Positions 11,870 to 20,677 of a stretch of 64,000 nt of DNA are shown piece by piece. Position 1 is the first letter of the stretch. The number at the start of each line of letters is the position of its first letter. The DNA comes from Kosakonia oryzendophytica (GTDB lineage Bacteria; Pseudomonadota; Gammaproteobacteria; Enterobacterales; Enterobacteriaceae). Position numbers and translations under genes: made by a program. Under the pieces are notes generated by a model, which was given only the letters and a program-made list of their open reading frames with translations, was not told where the DNA came from and searched no databases. The DNA is taken from positions 1-64,000 of the forward strand of contig NZ_FMAY01000002.1 in the NCBI RefSeq assembly GCF_900094925.1, written 5' to 3'.

Positions 11870-12679
11870 ATGGATATTTATGATATAAGGAAAAGAAATC
11901 TATTGCCGAAGGATTTTGAAAACATCCTGGCCCCGGATATCGCGAAAAATATAATCAAAAAGGAATATTTTATTGAGAGCAGCCCGAATAATATTTTGGG
12001 CAGCATCGACGGTTATACCATAAAGCGACATCACGGTTTTAAATATGGATTGCCGCACGATCCGTTAGGTCATCAAAAAGAAAAACATATTGATAGTCTG
12101 GTGGATAAAGGCGTGGTGGTAGTCGCGCGACCGAATGTTAGTACGCGTAGCCGCTTCTATTATCCTTTCTTTATTGCCGAGAATGGTGATCTGTTTTGTG
12201 TGCAACCTCTGTCGTTTAACGCCGTGTTTATCAGAACGATTCTGAACGGTTTTAAAGACAGCGTGGCGATGCATGGCCGCCCGGCGCCAACGCGTAGCGG
12301 CTTTGCGCCAGTGACGCCGGAGTATGGGCCTGGCTACTGGAAAAATAGTGAAAATGATTACCCTGGCGTGAAAAACGCGGCGATGATGATGATCAACCGG
12401 GCAACCAGCATGGCTGATGAAGGGCGGGTATTTGGCTCCGAGGGTAAGGATTATATGAATACCGCGCGTAACAGCGTTCAGTTATGGACGCCCATCCCGG
12501 ACAGCGTGACATCGGATACTCGCGAAATCCTCTTTACCCGTTCGGTTATCCGGCGTTATGGCGAGAAGCGCACAGTATCCCAGAAATATCCACAAGGGGA
12601 GGATGCCAGGGCGCAATCGGGCCAATCATGGCAATGGATTCCAGGTGTATGTGATGAGGATTATGAGTTTAAAAAATAA
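11870..12679 (+). CDS. hypothetical cytoplasmic protein of unknown function (269 aa) in an AT-rich island
   Basis: Intact ORF (MDIYDIRKRNLLPKDFENIL...EDYEFKK) with AT-rich upstream DNA, AT-rich codon usage, no signal peptide and no motif I can recognise. The island is absent from the E. coli K-12 metH-yjbB interval. Confidence 0.6.
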   Translation: MDIYDIRKRNLLPKDFENILAPDIAKNIIKKEYFIESSPNNILGSIDGYTIKRHHGFKYGLPHDPLGHQKEKHIDSLVDKGVVVVARPNVSTRSRFYYPFFIAENGDLFCVQPLSFNAVFIRTILNGFKDSVAMHGRPAPTRSGFAPVTPEYGPGYWKNSENDYPGVKNAAMMMINRATSMADEGRVFGSEGKDYMNTARNSVQLWTPIPDSVTSDTREILFTRSVIRRYGEKRTVSQKYPQGEDARAQSGQSWQWIPGVCDEDYEFKK

Positions 12680-13130
12680 CGTATTGGTCTTTTGGGGAAT
12701 TATGGATGGGCTGGCATTAGTCAGTTATTTCTACTTTTCGCTGCAAAGTGGCAATGTCCCTTTTTATTCCGATATAAGCAGTTTTTATACCCATTTTTCA
12801 CAGTTGGGTGCCAGTGGTTTGATGGGGGTAATTATTCAGGTGATGTTTTTTATAAATATCGCACTGATCGTCTCATTGTTTTTTTCATGCTGGTCGTTGA
12901 TTGTGAAAAAAGATATTCATAGTATCTTCTTTATTGGGCAGGAAATAGCCCGTTTATTGTCGTTAAAATGTTCGTTAGCGTTGATCCCGTTGTTTATGCA
13001 CTTCACTGGTTATAGTGCCGCGTGGGGAGCATTCCTGCTGTTTTTTGTGTCGGAAGCGTTGAAAATTGGTTCGGTGGTATGGGCCAAACGCCATCCCGTT
13101 CCGCACGCTGATTCCATGATTACCGGCTAA
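12654..13130 (+). CDS. hypothetical integral membrane protein (about 158 aa, about 4 TM helices), overlapping partner of the upstream ORF
   Basis: The ORF-track frame runs 12558..13130. The most plausible start is ATG 12654 (MRIMSLKNN...), which gives a 26-nt overlap with the upstream ORF. It has four hydrophobic segments and AT-rich codon usage. Confidence 0.5.
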   Translation: MRIMSLKNNVLVFWGIMDGLALVSYFYFSLQSGNVPFYSDISSFYTHFSQLGASGLMGVIIQVMFFINIALIVSLFFSCWSLIVKKDIHSIFFIGQEIARLLSLKCSLALIPLFMHFTGYSAAWGAFLLFFVSEALKIGSVVWAKRHPVPHADSMITG

Positions 13131-13295
13131 ATCTCCGTTTCTGTCACAAAATTGTCATTTTCCCTTACAACTCAGAGGGCGTCAGCTCGGCGTCCTGCGT
13201 TTTTCCCGGCTTTAACGCCTTATACTTACTTCATAATGTTGACGTTATCTTCGTGGGTAACACGCAACGCATAACGATAAGGAGGACCGGACCCT

Positions 13296-14927
13296 GTGTT
13301 GACTTTGCTCCATCTGCTTTCCGCTGTGGCCCTGCTGGTATGGGGGACCCATATTGTCCGTACTGGTGTGATGCGCGTGTTCGGCGCGCGTTTACGCACG
13401 GTTCTCAGCCGAAGTGTTGAAAAAAAACCGCTCGCGTTCTGTGCGGGCATCGGTGTTACCGCGCTGGTGCAAAGCAGTAACGCCACCACGATGCTGGTGA
13501 CCTCGTTTGTGGCGCAGGATCTGGTGGCGCTTACCCCGGCATTAGTGATCGTGCTCGGCGCGGACGTCGGGACCGCCTTAATGGCGCGTATTTTAACGTT
13601 CGATCTCTCCTGGCTGTCGCCGCTGCTGATTTTTCTCGGCGTGATTTTCTTTCTCGGACGTAAGCAAACCCGCGAAGGGCAACTGGGTCGCGTCAGTATC
13701 GGCCTAGGGTTGATCCTGCTGGCGTTGGAACTGATTGTGCAGGCGGTCACGCCAATTACGCAGGCGAATGGCGTACAGGTTATTTTTGCGTCGTTGACGG
13801 GCGACATCATGCTCGACGCGCTGATTGGCGCAGTCTTCGCCATCATCAGTTACTCCAGCCTGGCGGCGGTGTTGCTCACGGCGACGCTGACCACCGCCGG
13901 TATTATCTCTTTCCCGGTGGCACTGTGCCTGGTGATCGGCGCAAATCTCGGCTCCGGTTTGCTGGCAATGCTGAATAACAGTGCCGCCAATGCTGCGGCT
14001 CGCCGTGTAGCGCTCGGCAGCTTGCTGTTTAAGCTGGTGGGGAGCCTGATTATTCTGCCGTTTGTGCATATGTTGGCGACGTCGATGCAAAAACTGCCGC
14101 TACCGGAAGCGGAACTGGTGATCTACTTCCACGTTTTCTACAACCTGATCCGTTGCCTGGCGATGGTGCCGTTTGCCGGACCGATGGCGCAGTTCTGTAA
14201 ACGGATCATCCGCGAAGAACCGGAACTGGATACGCGTCTTAAACCGAAGCATCTCGACAGTTCCGCGCTGGATACCCCAACCCTTGCGTTGGCCAATGCC
14301 GCCCGGGAAACGCTGCGTATGGGCGATGCGATGGAGTTGATGCTGGAAGGGCTGCATAAGGTAATGCACGGTGAACCGCGACAGGGAAAAGAGCTGCGCA
14401 AACAGGCCGATGACGTCAACGTGCTGTATACCGCGATCAAGCTTTATCTGGCGCGCATTCCTCAGGGAGAACTGGCGGAGGAGGAGTCAAAGCGCTGGGC
14501 GGAAATTATCGAAATGTCGCTCAACCTTGAGCAGGCCGCCGATATTGTCGAGCGAATGGGCAGTGACATTGCGGACAAATCACTGGCGGCGCGGCGTGCT
14601 TTCTCCCTTGAGGGGCTGAAAGAACTGGATGCGCTGCACGAACGGCTGGTGGGGAATCTGAAACTGGCGATGTCGGTATTTTTCTCCAGCGATATCTCCA
14701 GTGCTCGCCGCCTGCGCCGCAGCAAGCACCGTTTCCGCATTATGAATCGCCGTTTCTCACATGCGCACGTTGAGCGTCTGCATCAGCAAAACGTGCAGAG
14801 CATTGAAACCAGTTCGCTGCACCTTGGCTTGTTGGGTGACATGAAACGCCTGAACTCCCTGTTCTGTTCCGTGGCCTACAGTGTGCTGGAACAACCGGAT
14901 GAAGACGACGAACGCGACGAGAATTGA
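13296..14927 (+). CDS. yjbB: Na+/Pi-cotransporter family protein YjbB
   Basis: 543 aa, almost identical to E. coli YjbB. GTG start after an AAGGAGG RBS. Confidence 0.9.
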   Translation: MLTLLHLLSAVALLVWGTHIVRTGVMRVFGARLRTVLSRSVEKKPLAFCAGIGVTALVQSSNATTMLVTSFVAQDLVALTPALVIVLGADVGTALMARILTFDLSWLSPLLIFLGVIFFLGRKQTREGQLGRVSIGLGLILLALELIVQAVTPITQANGVQVIFASLTGDIMLDALIGAVFAIISYSSLAAVLLTATLTTAGIISFPVALCLVIGANLGSGLLAMLNNSAANAAARRVALGSLLFKLVGSLIILPFVHMLATSMQKLPLPEAELVIYFHVFYNLIRCLAMVPFAGPMAQFCKRIIREEPELDTRLKPKHLDSSALDTPTLALANAARETLRMGDAMELMLEGLHKVMHGEPRQGKELRKQADDVNVLYTAIKLYLARIPQGELAEEESKRWAEIIEMSLNLEQAADIVERMGSDIADKSLAARRAFSLEGLKELDALHERLVGNLKLAMSVFFSSDISSARRLRRSKHRFRIMNRRFSHAHVERLHQQNVQSIETSSLHLGLLGDMKRLNSLFCSVAYSVLEQPDEDDERDEN

Positions 14928-15098
14928 CCCGTGTTGTGCCGTGCCCACGGGCACGGCTTGTCTGGTTTTTATCGCTCATTGTGTTGAGCTAAAAACCCCA
15001 CTTTTACTGCGGTAGTGCACAAATTCGATTATATGGCGTAAAAATCCATTTTTATCTCTCCCGGAAGCCAGTTATATTCCGCTTTTACAGGAGAATGT

Positions 15099-15962
15099 AT
15101 GCTGCCAATCCAATCAACACGTTTAAACAAATACATCAGCGAAAGCGGGATTTGCTCACGCCGCGAGGCTGACCGTTACATCGAACAGGGCAATGTCTTT
15201 ATTAACGGCAGGCGCGCCGGTATTGGCGATCAGGTTGTCGCCGGAGACGTTGTAAAAGTGAATGGTCAACTTATCGAGCCGCGAAACGAAGAAAATCTGG
15301 TGTTTATCGCGTTGAATAAGCCCGTTGGCATTGTCAGTACGACGGAAGATGGCGAAAAAGACAATATTGTTGATTTCGTTAATCACAGCAGCCGAATCTT
15401 CCCTATCGGTCGGTTAGACAAAGATTCTCAGGGGCTGATTTTTCTCACGAACCACGGCGATCTGGTGAATAAAATCCTGCGTGCCGGCAATGACCATGAG
15501 AAAGAGTATCTGGTCACGGTAAATAAGCCGGTTACCGATGAGTTTGTGCGCGGTATGGGGGCAGGTGTGCCGATCCTCGGCACGGTAACCAAAAAGTGCA
15601 AGGTGAAGAAAGAAGCACCGTTTACCTTCCGCATCACGCTGGTTCAGGGGCTGAACCGCCAGATCCGTCGTATGTGCGAACACTTTGGTTATGACGTCAC
15701 TAAGCTGGAACGCACGCGCATTATGAACGTCAGCCTGACCGGGTTGCCGCCAGGGGAGTGGCGCGATCTTACGGATGATGAGCTGATTACGCTGTTTAAG
15801 CTGATTGAAAATTCAACCTCAGAAGCGAAGCCGAAAGCAAAAGCGAAACCGCAGGCGGCGAAAAAACCTGCGGTGAAAGTGGCAAAGCCCGAAGAGAAAA
15901 GCCGGGCCAAACCGGCGGGCAAACGCTTTACCCAACCGGGGCGAAAAAAGAAAGGGCGCTAA
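15099..15962 (+). CDS. rluF: 23S rRNA pseudouridine(2604) synthase RluF
   Basis: 287 aa with an S4 domain followed by an RsuA-family catalytic domain (…[20 protein letters not shown]…) and a Lys/Ala-rich tail. Matches RluF (YjbC). Confidence 0.9.
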   Translation: MLPIQSTRLNKYISESGICSRREADRYIEQGNVFINGRRAGIGDQVVAGDVVKVNGQLIEPRNEENLVFIALNKPVGIVSTTEDGEKDNIVDFVNHSSRIFPIGRLDKDSQGLIFLTNHGDLVNKILRAGNDHEKEYLVTVNKPVTDEFVRGMGAGVPILGTVTKKCKVKKEAPFTFRITLVQGLNRQIRRMCEHFGYDVTKLERTRIMNVSLTGLPPGEWRDLTDDELITLFKLIENSTSEAKPKAKAKPQAAKKPAVKVAKPEEKSRAKPAGKRFTQPGRKKKGR

Positions 15963-16235
15963 TCAGCGTCTGCCGCGCGTTGAGGTGTTCGCAGACCAGG
16001 AAAACGTTGTATTTTCGTCCGGTTTATAAGCCTGCTGTTTTTTCACCTGGCGGGCTTTCTTCGCAGCCACTTCACGCTGCGCCATCAGTTTATCGATGTA
16101 CTCTTTCTTTACGTGATTCGCTTCAGAGTTGCTGAGCGGGCGCCCGTGTGCGATGCGCGCGCGGTCGAGCAGCGTTTTCAACTCCCGCTGCTCACTCTCT
16201 GTCATCTCTTTTTGCGTCAATCTGGTCAGTGCCAT
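15963..16235 (-). CDS. yjbD: DUF3811 protein YjbD
   Basis: 90 aa (MALTRLTQKEMTESEQRELKTLLDRARIAHGRPLSNSE...), same size and sequence character as E. coli YjbD. Confidence 0.8.
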   Translation of the reverse strand: MALTRLTQKEMTESEQRELKTLLDRARIAHGRPLSNSEANHVKKEYIDKLMAQREVAAKKARQVKKQQAYKPDENTTFSWSANTSTRGRR

Positions 16236-16393
16236 AAGACTCTCTCCCTAGGATGTATTTCGAGTGTACGCGATGTCCAGGTATTGTCTATGTGCGGGGC
16301 GCACAACTCTCGAAAGCGCCCCCACGTTGCCGATAAACGGTCATTTTACACGTGATGCGCAGAGCACCGTATCGGACAAGCCTGGCAGATCGG

Positions 16394-17338
16394 TTATTCG
16401 TGCTCTGTCACCACTTCTGTTTTCCGCCCTTCCACCGGTTTACCAGACCAGTAACCCGCCAGCAGCGAGCCGGAAAGATTGTGCCAGACGGAGAACAGTG
16501 CGCCAGGCAGTGCCGCGAGCGGCGAGAAGTAAATTTTCCCGAGTGCGGCCGCAAGGCCGGAGTTCTGCATCCCCACTTCAATGGCCAGCGTGCGGCAGGT
16601 AGACTCGTCAAACCCGAACAGACGCCCGCCCCAGTAACCCCCGAGCAGACCGATGCTGTTATGCAGGATCACCGCGGCGATAACCACCAGACCTACCGAT
16701 GCAATATACGCGGCGGAACCAGCAACCACTGCGCTGATAATCGCCAGAATGCAGACCATCGAGAACGCAGGCAGCCAGGGTTCCACGGCCTTGACCAGGC
16801 GTGGGAACAGGTGGTGGATTGCCAGCCCAAGGCCAATCGGGATCACTACAATTTGCAGGATGCTTAGCAGCATTCCCATCACATCCACCTGAATATGCGC
16901 ATCCACATACAACCGCGTCAGTAGCGGCGTCGCAATCACGCCAACCAGGGTGGAAACCGACGAGATAGTCACGGATAGCGCCACGTCGCCTTTTGCCAGA
17001 TAAATCATCACGTTTGACGCTGTTCCGCTGGCGACGCTACCGACCAGTACCATTCCGGCGGAGAGATCCGGCGGCATTTTAAAGAGTAACGCTAATAGCC
17101 ATGCCGCCAGTGGCATCACCAGATAGTGCAGGAAAATCCCTGCTGCGACCGGTGCCGGGCGTGCCAGAACGCGTTTGAAGTCATCGATTTTCAGGTGCAC
17201 GCCCATACCCAGCATGATCAGCATTAGCAGCGTGGTTACCCACGGGCCGATGGCGATAAAGGTCGGTGGGAAGTAATAGGCGAGAACAGAGAGCAGCAGT
17301 GCCCATAACGGGAACAGCCGCGTGAGAGTTGCGAGCAT
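16394..17338 (-). CDS. bile acid:sodium symporter (BASS/SBF) family transporter
   Basis: 314 aa, highly hydrophobic and multi-helical, with BASS-type motifs (…[12 protein letters not shown]…). Not present at this locus in E. coli K-12. Confidence 0.75.
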   Translation of the reverse strand: MLATLTRLFPLWALLLSVLAYYFPPTFIAIGPWVTTLLMLIMLGMGVHLKIDDFKRVLARPAPVAAGIFLHYLVMPLAAWLLALLFKMPPDLSAGMVLVGSVASGTASNVMIYLAKGDVALSVTISSVSTLVGVIATPLLTRLYVDAHIQVDVMGMLLSILQIVVIPIGLGLAIHHLFPRLVKAVEPWLPAFSMVCILAIISAVVAGSAAYIASVGLVVIAAVILHNSIGLLGGYWGGRLFGFDESTCRTLAIEVGMQNSGLAAALGKIYFSPLAALPGALFSVWHNLSGSLLAGYWSGKPVEGRKTEVVTEHE

Positions 17339-17470
17339 GTATCTATTCCTTGCGATTGTTATGTCGTGTCGTGTTGTCTTTTTTGTAATAAGGGTCGGGA
17401 TCGGGCCCGACCATAGTTATTGTTTATCGTGCTAAGGAATATTATTCAAACGAATTATGATGAAGATGTT

Positions 17471-19057
17471 TTATGTTGCGCTGCGCACGCTTTCCCAGCT
17501 TAACCCGAAGCGGGCAAGGTATTTGCGCAGGCGATCCGCATCATTTGGGTTCGCCTTTTTCTGCCGGGAAACCGCAAACAGTTCGCGCCCGGCTTCCGAC
17601 AGCGTCTGACTGCGGCGGCAAATGTCGATCACGGTTTCCAACTGGCGTTGATCAAAGAGATCAAGCGTGCTGAGATCCAGCGGCAGCGTGGAAGAGACCG
17701 GTGTGCCGCGCCAGTGATGCTCCAAGCGCTGTAGTTCTTCATCGACCAGCGCGAGCGTAATGCGCCCTTGCTCGGCCAGCGTGGCCATGCGCGCAATCGA
17801 CGTACTGAGTTCGCGGAAATTTCCCCGCCATGCCGCATGTGGTGAACAGGCGAAAGCCAGGTAGCGCTCACGGGCATCTTTATCGAAACGGATTTGTGTC
17901 TGTTGCTCCAGCGCAAAGCGTTGCAGCTCATACTCAATATTGGGGGCAATATCCTCCCGGCGATCCGCCAGCCCCGGCAGCGCGAACGTCCACATATTGA
18001 TACGCGCATAGAGATCTTCACGAAAGCGCCCTTCATCCACCCACTGCTGCATATTCCGGTGGGTTCCGGCAATCAACTGGAAGTCGCTGTGTACTTCTTT
18101 ATCGGCACCGAAGGGAAAAAAGGTTTTCTCTTCAATCGCTTTTAGCAGCATGGCCTGCTCATCCAGCCCTAATTCGGCGATTTCGTCGAGAAACAGTACG
18201 CCGCCATCTGCTTCACGCAGCAGGCCAGTACGTGCCTGTTGTGCGCCCGTAAAGGCACCTTTCACATGACCGAACAGCGTCGACATGGCGTTATCGCCGC
18301 GCAGCGTCGCGCAGTTCACCGCCACCAGTCGCCCCGGCACCAGATGGCGTGACTGGCGTAGCTGGAAAATACGCTTTGCCAGAAACGATTTGCCCGCACC
18401 GGTGGGGCCTGTGAGCAGAATGGGTGCCGTTGAACGCAGCGCGACGCGTTCAATCTGATCGATAAGCCGGTTAAAGGTGGTGTTGCGGGTATCAATGCCG
18501 GATTTGAGAAACGACACCGATTGCTGTTGTTCACGCTGGAAACGGCTGGTTAACGTGGCGTAACGGCTTAAATCGAGATCGATCACCGAACAGACGCCAG
18601 CGGCGATCGCCTCATCAGACGAACCTTTTGCCGCCGGGCCGGTTTGCAACAGGCTGGCGGGCAGATAACGCGCTTCCGTCAGCAAAAACCAACAGATTTG
18701 TGCGACGTGCGTCCCGGTGGTGATATGCACCAGATACTCTTCGTTATCCGTATCGAACGGATAGTGCGTGGCGAAATCGAGAAAGGCGGCATACACCTCT
18801 TCAAAATCCCAGGGATCTTTAATCGTCACCGCATGCATGCGAACGCGGGTATGGGGGGAGAGTTGCGCAATATCGTCCGCAGCCTGTTGCGCCAGCCCTT
18901 TATCCCGCGGTTGATGCAGCAGTTCGAGACGATCGACAGGAAAATCTGGCTGCTGACATAGCCCTACCGTTGGCCGCCATTTGCGAAAGCGGTTTTGCCG
19001 CTTTCCCCGTTTATCCAGCACCGTACCCAGGACACCAATCACCACCCGACGTTTCAT
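17471..19057 (-). CDS. rtcR: sigma-54-dependent transcriptional activator RtcR (CARF - AAA+ - HTH)
   Basis: 528 aa. The N-terminal region aligns with E. coli RtcR (…KWRPT.GLCQQ…DRLELLH…EVYA.L.DFA…ITTGTHVAQICWFLL.EARYLPA.L.Q…). It carries a Walker A GPTGAGKSFLAKRI, the GAFTGA sigma-54 contact motif and the C-terminal NDADRLRKYLARFGLSWE motif. Confidence 0.9.
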   Translation of the reverse strand: MKRRVVIGVLGTVLDKRGKRQNRFRKWRPTVGLCQQPDFPVDRLELLHQPRDKGLAQQAADDIAQLSPHTRVRMHAVTIKDPWDFEEVYAAFLDFATHYPFDTDNEEYLVHITTGTHVAQICWFLLTEARYLPASLLQTGPAAKGSSDEAIAAGVCSVIDLDLSRYATLTSRFQREQQQSVSFLKSGIDTRNTTFNRLIDQIERVALRSTAPILLTGPTGAGKSFLAKRIFQLRQSRHLVPGRLVAVNCATLRGDNAMSTLFGHVKGAFTGAQQARTGLLREADGGVLFLDEIAELGLDEQAMLLKAIEEKTFFPFGADKEVHSDFQLIAGTHRNMQQWVDEGRFREDLYARINMWTFALPGLADRREDIAPNIEYELQRFALEQQTQIRFDKDARERYLAFACSPHAAWRGNFRELSTSIARMATLAEQGRITLALVDEELQRLEHHWRGTPVSSTLPLDLSTLDLFDQRQLETVIDICRRSQTLSEAGRELFAVSRQKKANPNDADRLRKYLARFGLSWESVRSAT

Positions 19058-19192
19058 GTTTATCCTAAAAGATAAAAATAGATATTAAAGGATAAAAAAT
19101 ACCTTCCTGATGCGCAACCGCTCTGCACGTTGTTAAAAATAAAATATTTATTTATCAATGAATTAAAAATTTATCTGGCGGATTTTTTATGT

Positions 19193-19208
19193 TGGCACGT
19201 ATCTGGCA
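19193..19208 (+). promoter_or_regulatory. sigma-54 (-24/-12) promoter of the RtcR-controlled operon
   Basis: TGGCACGtatcTGGCA matches TGGCACG-N4-TTGCA with one mismatch and correct GG/GC spacing. It lies in the rtcR divergent intergenic region, facing the + strand operon. Confidence 0.75.
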
Positions 19209-19319
19209 ATAACTACCCATGTCAGCATGCTGGGTCCGCAGGGGGTAACACTCCCCGCCGGCGCACCGGGAACGGCGTAAGTCGTTATCCAGGGGGCGTT
19301 CCGTCAGCAGAAAGACATG

Positions 19320-19363
19320 TGCGAAAAGTCGGTTTTCTATCGGGTTCGACTCCCGAATTCGCA
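19320..19363 (+). ncRNA. tRNA-like minihelix (acceptor stem plus a canonical T-arm) embedded in the roughly 310-nt leader of the RtcR-regulated operon
   Basis: TGCGAAA … TCGGG-TTCGACT-CCCGA-ATTCGCA. The 5-bp T-stem closes a 7-nt TTCGACT loop (T54-T55-C56-R57-A58 pattern) and is flanked by a 6/7-bp acceptor-like stem. It resembles the tRNA-like modules of bacterial Y RNAs encoded next to rtcB in Salmonella. Confidence 0.45.
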
Positions 19364-19534
19364 ACTCATTATCCCTTGAGATAACCATGATGCAGTACCC
19401 GGTAGCCAGCTGTACATGGCTACCCCCAACGACCGCCGGTAACGGCGCCGGGCGGCAGGCAAAACACCGTTTCCCCTGTGGTTTCGCCCCTGCATCCGCG
19501 GTCGTTAAGGCAAAACACGATTAAGGAGAGAGTC

Positions 19535-20677
19535 ATGACCAATAAAATCACAATACGTAAAGGTCAGTTAGGTCTGCTGGCAAGAGAGGGCGACTATTAT
19601 CAGGTGCTGGAAGCCGGTGAGCACCGCCAGCCATGGTTCAACAAGCCCGAGCTGCTGGTGGTGAATATTGACGGCAGCGACGTGGCGGAAGGCCTGGCGG
19701 AGTACCTGCGTCGTTTTCAGCCGCAATGGGTTGAGCGTTACTGCCTGGTGGCCGATATGGATACGCATGAAGCGGGCGCGCTTTACCGGGATGGCGTATT
19801 GCAGGAGATCCTGCCGCCCTCTACGCGCCGCCTGTACTGGAAAGCGGATGAAACGCTGAAACTGGTGCGCATGGACACGCGTGACGTGAGCGTGCCGACA
19901 GAGATCCTCAATGCGGTGTTACAGCCGAAGCGCGGTGCAACGGTAAAAGGTCGCGATAACATTCTGGCGGTGCAGGTACCGGCATGGCATGTGGGTGTTT
20001 TAAAAGTGGATGGCGCAACACAGGGACTCTTACCGGCAGGTTTAAGCGGTTACTGGAAAGTGAACCACCTGGTCGAAGCGGACGTGGTGGATCTGCGCTT
20101 GCAGGTGCTTGAGGTGAGCGGCCAGGAGATCCTCACCAAAGACAAAGTGACGCTGCGCCTGAACCTGGCGGCGAACTGGCGTTATACCGATGTCCTGAGC
20201 GCGTTTGCGCAGTTAAGCAAACCGCTGGAGCACCTTTATCGTGAGTTGCAGTTTGCCCTGCGTGAAGCGGTGGGAACGCGCACCCTTGATGAGCTGCTGG
20301 AAGATAAGCAAATCATTGATGAAGCCGTTAGCGCGCAGGTGGCGGGTCGTATGGCGGCGTTTGGGATTGAGGTGGCATCGCTGGGTGTTAAGGACATCAT
20401 TTTACCCGGTGAGATGAAAACCATTCTGTCGCGTTTAGTGGAAGCGGAAAAATCGGCGCAGGCCAACGTGATCCGCCGCCGGGAAGAAACTGCCGCGACC
20501 CGTTCGTTACTGAACACAGCAAAAGTGATGGAAAGCAACCCGGTAGCATTGCGCCTGAAAGAGCTGGAAACCCTGGAACGTGTAGCGGAACGCATCGATA
20601 AGATCTCGGTCTTCGGTGGTCTGGATCAGGTATTACACGGCCTTGTGAACATCAAAGGAAGCCATGATGCAAAATAA
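19535..20677 (+). CDS. SPFH/band-7 (stomatin/prohibitin/flotillin-like) domain protein
   Basis: About 380 aa from ATG 19535 (AAGGAG RBS; MTNKITIRKGQLGLL…). It has a long coiled-coil-like SPFH C-terminal part (…LRLKELETLERVAERIDKISVFGG…). First gene downstream of the sigma-54 promoter. Confidence 0.7.
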   Translation: MTNKITIRKGQLGLLAREGDYYQVLEAGEHRQPWFNKPELLVVNIDGSDVAEGLAEYLRRFQPQWVERYCLVADMDTHEAGALYRDGVLQEILPPSTRRLYWKADETLKLVRMDTRDVSVPTEILNAVLQPKRGATVKGRDNILAVQVPAWHVGVLKVDGATQGLLPAGLSGYWKVNHLVEADVVDLRLQVLEVSGQEILTKDKVTLRLNLAANWRYTDVLSAFAQLSKPLEHLYRELQFALREAVGTRTLDELLEDKQIIDEAVSAQVAGRMAAFGIEVASLGVKDIILPGEMKTILSRLVEAEKSAQANVIRRREETAATRSLLNTAKVMESNPVALRLKELETLERVAERIDKISVFGGLDQVLHGLVNIKGSHDAK

